Positions 62,000-64,000 of a DNA stretch of 64,000 bases are shown here, piece by piece. Position 1 is the stretch's first letter, and the number at the start of each line of letters is the position of its first letter. The notes beneath the pieces were generated by a model that was given only the letters and a program-made list of their open reading frames with translations, made no database searches and was not told where the DNA came from. This DNA comes from Gnetum montanum (taxonomy: Eukaryota; Plantae; Gnetophyta). The stretch is taken from positions 259,093-323,092 of the forward strand of contig MNCI01000175.1 of NCBI GenBank assembly GCA_015680685.1. The letters are read 5' to 3'. Both the position numbers and the translations under genes were made by a program.

Positions 62000-63060
62000 A
62001 TGATTAAAAATATCAAACCATAATGACAAATGATGATTGAATTTCTCAAGGGTACTTGGTTCTTTGGCTAGTATGATATTGTCATTCACATAAAAGGGTA
62101 AAATCATTTGGAATCCATAATTATCCTTTTATAACTTTTTGAATCCAAAGTTGAGAAAAACTTGTTCAATCTTATGATACCAAACTCTTGATTTCTACTT
62201 AATTCCATAGATTGCTTTATGTAGTTGACATACTAGCTTCTTATCTCTTATGAATCCTTTAGATTATTCCATAGAGATGTTCTCTTATAATTCCCCATAT
62301 AAGAAGGTATATTTCACATTAATTTGATGAATACTCCATTTCTTCTTAGCTAATAAAACAGAAGTATCTAAAAGTAACCATTTGAGCTATGGATTCAAAG
62401 GTCTCTATGTAATTAACTTTCTTTATTTGAGAGAATTCTTTTACTACCAATTTTGTCTTATACTTGTCTAACGTTCAATCTTTCTTAAGGTATACCCAAT
62501 GATTTTTAATTGATTTCCTATTTCTTGAACATGGAAAAAGATCCCATACTTTTCATTTTTTCATCATTGATATTTTAGTTTCCATTGCTCTCTTTCAATG
62601 CTTTAATGAAAATGCTTAGGTTATAGATTTTGGAATATCTTTGTATAGGAAAATCACATTTGAAATGATGTCTTGATTATGTAATTCATGATATTTACTC
62701 CTTATAAGTCATGGTTTTGTTATATCTAAATTGGGTTCAATCTCTTGCACTCTTTATTGTTTGTTCACATTCACAAGATCTCTTCAATTCATAATTTGCT
62801 AGTATCTGCAATGTGTATATCACTTGTTACATACAACTTATTATTATCTATAGCATATGTATTTGAGTCATTATCACACTTGTAATTTTTTTTTCTGAAG
62901 TCAAGTGATTTGACAAGTGTACACTAGATTTGTAATCATATGTATCTTCCATGTTTTCAACATGGTTTCTTGTATGGGTCATATCACTATGATTTTCTTC
63001 TATTAATTCTTCCCTTTTGAATGTGACATCTCTCGTACTAACTAACTTTTAAGTTTTGTG
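62000..63060 (-). pseudogene. Ty1/copia integrase-end, linker and RT fragment
   Basis: LVSTRDVTF; KLVVKEFSQIKKVNYIETF; IHQINVKYTFLYGEL; ILPFYVNDNII (YVDD box). Confidence 0.88.
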
Positions 63061-63308
63061 TTGGCACATTTGGCCATTTCATGGAGCAGGCTAGGCTAGT
63101 AAGGTTAAATTCGTTAAAAGTTCTTGGAGAAGTGGCTAAAATTTGGGTTTGAGAGGAAAAAGAATAAGTAGCATTTTTTTTTCTACTTTATACAAAATGT
63201 ATTCCTATACATAGTGGGATTATGGAAGAAGCCCAATTTACCATTTATATGATATAAATGGTATAACAAATCAGAGGGCATCTTAAGTAGAATTTGTGTT
63301 GTATCCAT

Positions 63309-63906
63309 NNNNNNNNNNNNNNNNNNNNNNNNNNNNNNNNNNNNNNNNNNNNNNNNNNNNNNNNNNNNNNNNNNNNNNNNNNNNNNNNNNNNNNNNNNNN
63401 NNNNNNNNNNNNNNNNNNNNNNNNNNNNNNNNNNNNNNNNNNNNNNNNNNNNNNNNNNNNNNNNNNNNNNNNNNNNNNNNNNNNNNNNNNNNNNNNNNNN
63501 NNNNNNNNNNNNNNNNNNNNNNNNNNNNNNNNNNNNNNNNNNNNNNNNNNNNNNNNNNNNNNNNNNNNNNNNNNNNNNNNNNNNNNNNNNNNNNNNNNNN
63601 NNNNNNNNNNNNNNNNNNNNNNNNNNNNNNNNNNNNNNNNNNNNNNNNNNNNNNNNNNNNNNNNNNNNNNNNNNNNNNNNNNNNNNNNNNNNNNNNNNNN
63701 NNNNNNNNNNNNNNNNNNNNNNNNNNNNNNNNNNNNNNNNNNNNNNNNNNNNNNNNNNNNNNNNNNNNNNNNNNNNNNNNNNNNNNNNNNNNNNNNNNNN
63801 NNNNNNNNNNNNNNNNNNNNNNNNNNNNNNNNNNNNNNNNNNNNNNNNNNNNNNNNNNNNNNNNNNNNNNNNNNNNNNNNNNNNNNNNNNNNNNNNNNNN
63901 NNNNNN
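63309..63906. other. Assembly gap (598 N)
   Basis: Run of N. Confidence 1.
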
Positions 63907-64000
63907 TGGGTTTTCTCAAAGAATGCATTTCAAAATTTTTCGAGGCGGTTAAAAGACGGCAATCATAAGTTTACTCACCCTGGAACCTGCAATCCGAAAA

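Noticed and set aside
63245-63968. Three ORFs over 200 aa in the ORF track
   Set aside because: Artefacts of reading through the N gap.

Overview
Repeat-dense, heavily methylation-decayed plant DNA (probably a large-genome non-angiosperm; this is inference) with no intact host gene. Bases 1-53 kb are one nest of LTR retrotransposons. An outer Ty3/gypsy Tat (Ogre-like) element on + (5799-~52978) carries three insertions: a pol-less Sirevirus-like Ty1/copia element in gag (1-5798, -), a full-length Athila-like element with an env-like ORF (7987-21172, +), and a full-length, diverged Tat element in its integrase zinc finger (29996-49559, +). The right end holds older debris (Athila-type env-like ORF, copia gag-PR, LINE RT, copia RNase H and RT), two tandem duplications, two candidate minus-strand exons and a 598-N gap. 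The most notable structure is shared by both Tat elements: a very large (6.3-6.8 kb) phase-1 GT-AG intron between protease and RT, containing a homologous multi-exon antisense gene. Each element also repeats its own CpG-rich palindrome in its LTR and again upstream of its accessory gene. All coding regions are pseudogenised, and family names rest on motif recognition by eye, not on database searches.
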